Program-made: the position numbers and the translations under genes
Part shown: positions 61,201-64,000 of the stretch, one piece after another
Layout: every line of letters begins with the position of its first letter
Position numbering within the stretch: the stretch's first letter is position 1
Notes under the pieces: model-generated
The model's input: the letters and a program-made list of their open reading frames with translations, nothing else
Told to the model about the DNA's origin: nothing
Database searches by the model: none
Assembly: GCA_963514005.1 (NCBI GenBank)
Contig: OY740783.1
Location: 55,304,001-55,368,000 of the forward strand
Direction of reading: 5' to 3'
Length of the DNA stretch: 64,000 bases
Origin: Raja brachyura
Taxonomy: Eukaryota

Positions 61201-62449
61201 ACCTCGCACTTTGGGCTTTTGCACTTCACCTAGTTTTCTCAGCAAAGGATAGATAAACCTCAATAAAATGACTGTCACTGAATCAAGACAGCTCATTTTA
61301 CGTATACTTGCTGCAGCCCTTATTAAAGGTTAATGAGAATGAGTTGTAAGGAGTCTGAAAAGTTTGTATTAAAGCCTTTGCTTCAGAAAATGTCTAATGC
61401 ACTGGGGGAAGGTACTGTAAGAGTTCAATCTTCTGTTTTCCTGTATATAACAAACTTATGTTTGTTCTGTTATGTAACCTGCAAATACTCCAAGGTTTTA
61501 AGTTACCCTGTATTGAAAAGATTGACATTTTGAATTCTTTAAGCAGAATAGTTTAACAATAGTAGAGGTCTTTTTAATGCACATTATTTCTGAATGTTTA
61601 CTGTAAATGACAATCTATGTTTATGTTCCTTTAATGAAGAATGAAGAGTCAAAACAATAAAATGTATAATAAATAATTTAAAAATCACCAGTTTTGTGTG
61701 TGTGTGTGTGGATTTTTTAAAAGCGGGATTTAACAATATGTGAGGATATTGAAACATGGTTTGACACAAAAAGTTAATTTTGTACATCAATTTATTTCAA
61801 AGCTTCTTAGCTATTGTCAGCAAGCTAGGAGGCTTTCCATTCAGAACAATTATTTTCTTCATCTTGCAAAGACATAATAGGTCAGATGTCCTCCTCTTTG
61901 CTGCAAGTGATTATGAAGAAGGTAGCTTGACGAGCAGATGTGCTACAGTAAGTGATGCCTTCTCCCGGACGTTAATTAATCAAACTCTGTTATCATCTAG
62001 CATAAGAATTTACTTTATGCGATTCATGTTGGCTGCCATCTAAGAACATAGGAGCAGGCTGTTCAATGCCAAAGTCTGCTCTATCGCTCACTAAGATCAA
62101 GGATGATATTTATCCCAACTCAGCACACCATGACTGGCTCCGTCTTTTAACCTCCTTAGTTGGCAAAAGCACATCAATATCAGATTTCAAAATATCAGAT
62201 TTAAAACTATTAACATTAGTTACCACAAACAATTTATAAATTTGGAATTTGTTGCATTTCAATCAGCAAGCAATTTACTAGTAAAATATTTAACTGATCC
62301 AAAATATTTAACTTCAGCAACATATTCAGCAGGACACACAGTAGTTGATGAGTCAACCATAACAGGATCATTGGACATCTCTAGGATGCACTGCAAATTC
62401 ACGCCAGGATCAAAGGCAATGACCCGCACCACTTTATAAAGAGAATTAG

Positions 62450-63600
62450 AGTTGTAGAGCTGTACAGCACGGAAACAGGCCCTTTAGCTCACCTTGTCCA
62501 TGCATGTTGAGCTAGTCCCATTTGGCCCTTAGCCCTCTAAACCCTTCCAACCCATATAGGTGTCCAAATGTCTTTTATTGTAAATGTCATAATTGTATCT
62601 GTTTCAATACCTACTCTGGCAGCTCATTACAGATAGAGGACTACCCTCCAAAATGTTGCCCCCAAGGTCCCTCTTAAATCTTTCCCTTCTCACCTTAAAT
62701 CAATGCTATCTACTTTTAAAGTCCTCTACCCTGGGGAAAGAATGTGAGCCTTCACATTATCCATGCCCCTCATGATATTGTACATCTCAATAATGTCACC
62801 CCCTCAGCCTCCTATGCTCATGCCTATCCAACCTTTACCTATAACTCAAACCCGGAAGCCAAGGTAACATACTGATAAATCTCTTATGCATCTTTTCCAA
62901 CTTAATTACAGTACATCTAACATATTGTGTGCGACCAGTATTCCAAGACTTGTACAGCTGCATCGTTTGTATTAAGTTCCCTTTCCAATGAAGGTTGTAG
63001 AAACAAGGAACAGCATATGCTGGCTTACAACAAATGACAAAGTACTGGAGTAACTCAGCAGGGTACAGAAAAATACACTAGGCAGTGGAGTAGCTCAGCA
63101 GCGTACAAAAAAAGATAAAATGCTGGAGTAACTGAGCCTCAGCAGACCTTGAGTCCTGACCCAAAACGTCACTATCCATGTTCTCGATTGATGCTGCCTG
63201 AGCTATAGAGTTACTCCAGCACTTTTTGTCAAATGCCTTCTTCACCACGCTGTCCATCTGCCTTGCCACTTTGAGGAAACCATGCATTTTTGTTCCCAGA
63301 TCTCTCTATTTTGCAATACTCTCCAGGGCTCTACCATTTACAGTATGTCCTACACTGGTTCAACACACCGAAGTGCAACACTTCACACTTTGATCGGAGT
63401 TAAATTCCATTTGCCATTCTTTGCCCAACTGACCTAAACCTTGTTGTAAACATTGATATCCTTCCTCACTGTCCAAATTTGGTGGTGTCTGCAAATTTAC
63501 TAGCAATCTTAACCACGTTGACATCCAAATCATTAATGTACACAACAGCAGTGGACCTAACGCCAACCCCTATGGCATCCACTTGCCACAGGCCTCCACA
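62450..63600 (-). mobile_element. Degraded CR1 LINE interrupted by a palindromic short repeat (about 62998-63230)
   Basis: Minus-strand peptide remnants LKVARQMDSVVKKAF and WQMEFNSDQ; CR1-type tail at the left end. Confidence 0.65.
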
Positions 63601-63794
63601 ACGACCTGGGAATTCAATGGTGTTGGGATTGCTCTGTCAGTCAGGGTGGTCACATGGCCTCCCTCTATGTCACATGGAATGCGCATAGATAAGGAAAAAA
63701 AGGCTCCAAAAACGACAACTTTTAGTATGCGATGGAAAGTGGCAGGTTTTATGCAGCATTTCATAGATCATTTTAGAGGGTTTTATGTTTTGTA

Positions 63795-64000
63795 ATAGTC
63801 AGGGTAGAATCAAGAGAGTTTAAGGGGCAGAAAATGCTAGTGGGAGCCGTGTACAGGCCACCTAACAGTAGTATTGGAGTTGGGGATGGCATCAAACAGG
63901 AAATTAGAAATGCGTGCAACAAGGGTAACACGGTTATAATGGGTGACTTCAATCTGCATGTAGATTGGGTGAATCAAATTGGCAGGGGTGCTGAGGAAGA
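63795..64000 (+). mobile_element. CR1 ORF2 endonuclease fragment running off the window
   Basis: Translates LVGAVYRPPNSSIGVGDGIKQEIRNACNKGNTVIMGDFNLHVDW. Confidence 0.8.

Noticed and set aside
61394-61440. Possible terminal exon of a convergent gene on the minus strand (GKQKIELLQYLPPVH-stop)
   Set aside because: Weak acceptor, very short peptide that I do not recognise and that does not resemble the TRPM6 C-terminus expected from synteny.

Overview
Vertebrate genomic DNA, most likely from a cartilaginous fish (skate/ray-type SINE, CR1 and palindromic repeats; species is an inference). It holds the last six coding exons (ligand-binding domain) of the nuclear receptor RORB on the + strand (26543-42304), its 3' UTR, and an upstream intron of more than 26 kb whose preceding exon I could not find in the window. 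The introns are packed with retroelements: a near full-length, apparently young Tx1-clade LINE (about 14736-21428), a 5'-truncated Rex1/Babar LINE nested in a non-autonomous element, an RTE-X-like LINE, a HERO fragment, many CR1 fragments, tRNA-derived V-SINE/HE1-like SINEs, two PIF/Harbinger MITEs and one hAT MITE. Most notable: (1) Tx1 ORF1 and ORF2 are in the same frame, separated by a single TAA, with no in-frame AUG ahead of the endonuclease motifs; (2) a dispersed family of short elements carries a Penelope-type minimal hammerhead ribozyme core, several with target-site duplications and one apparently copied locally together with flanking intron DNA; (3) a Tx1 insertion shows a twin-priming-type 5' inversion; (4) two related Tx1 3' ends abut (GA)n tracts; (5) an intronic D-box/CRX/MARE motif cluster is a candidate enhancer. 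There are two assembly gaps (14550-14735, 29744-29918). No rRNA, true tRNA or CRISPR features were seen.
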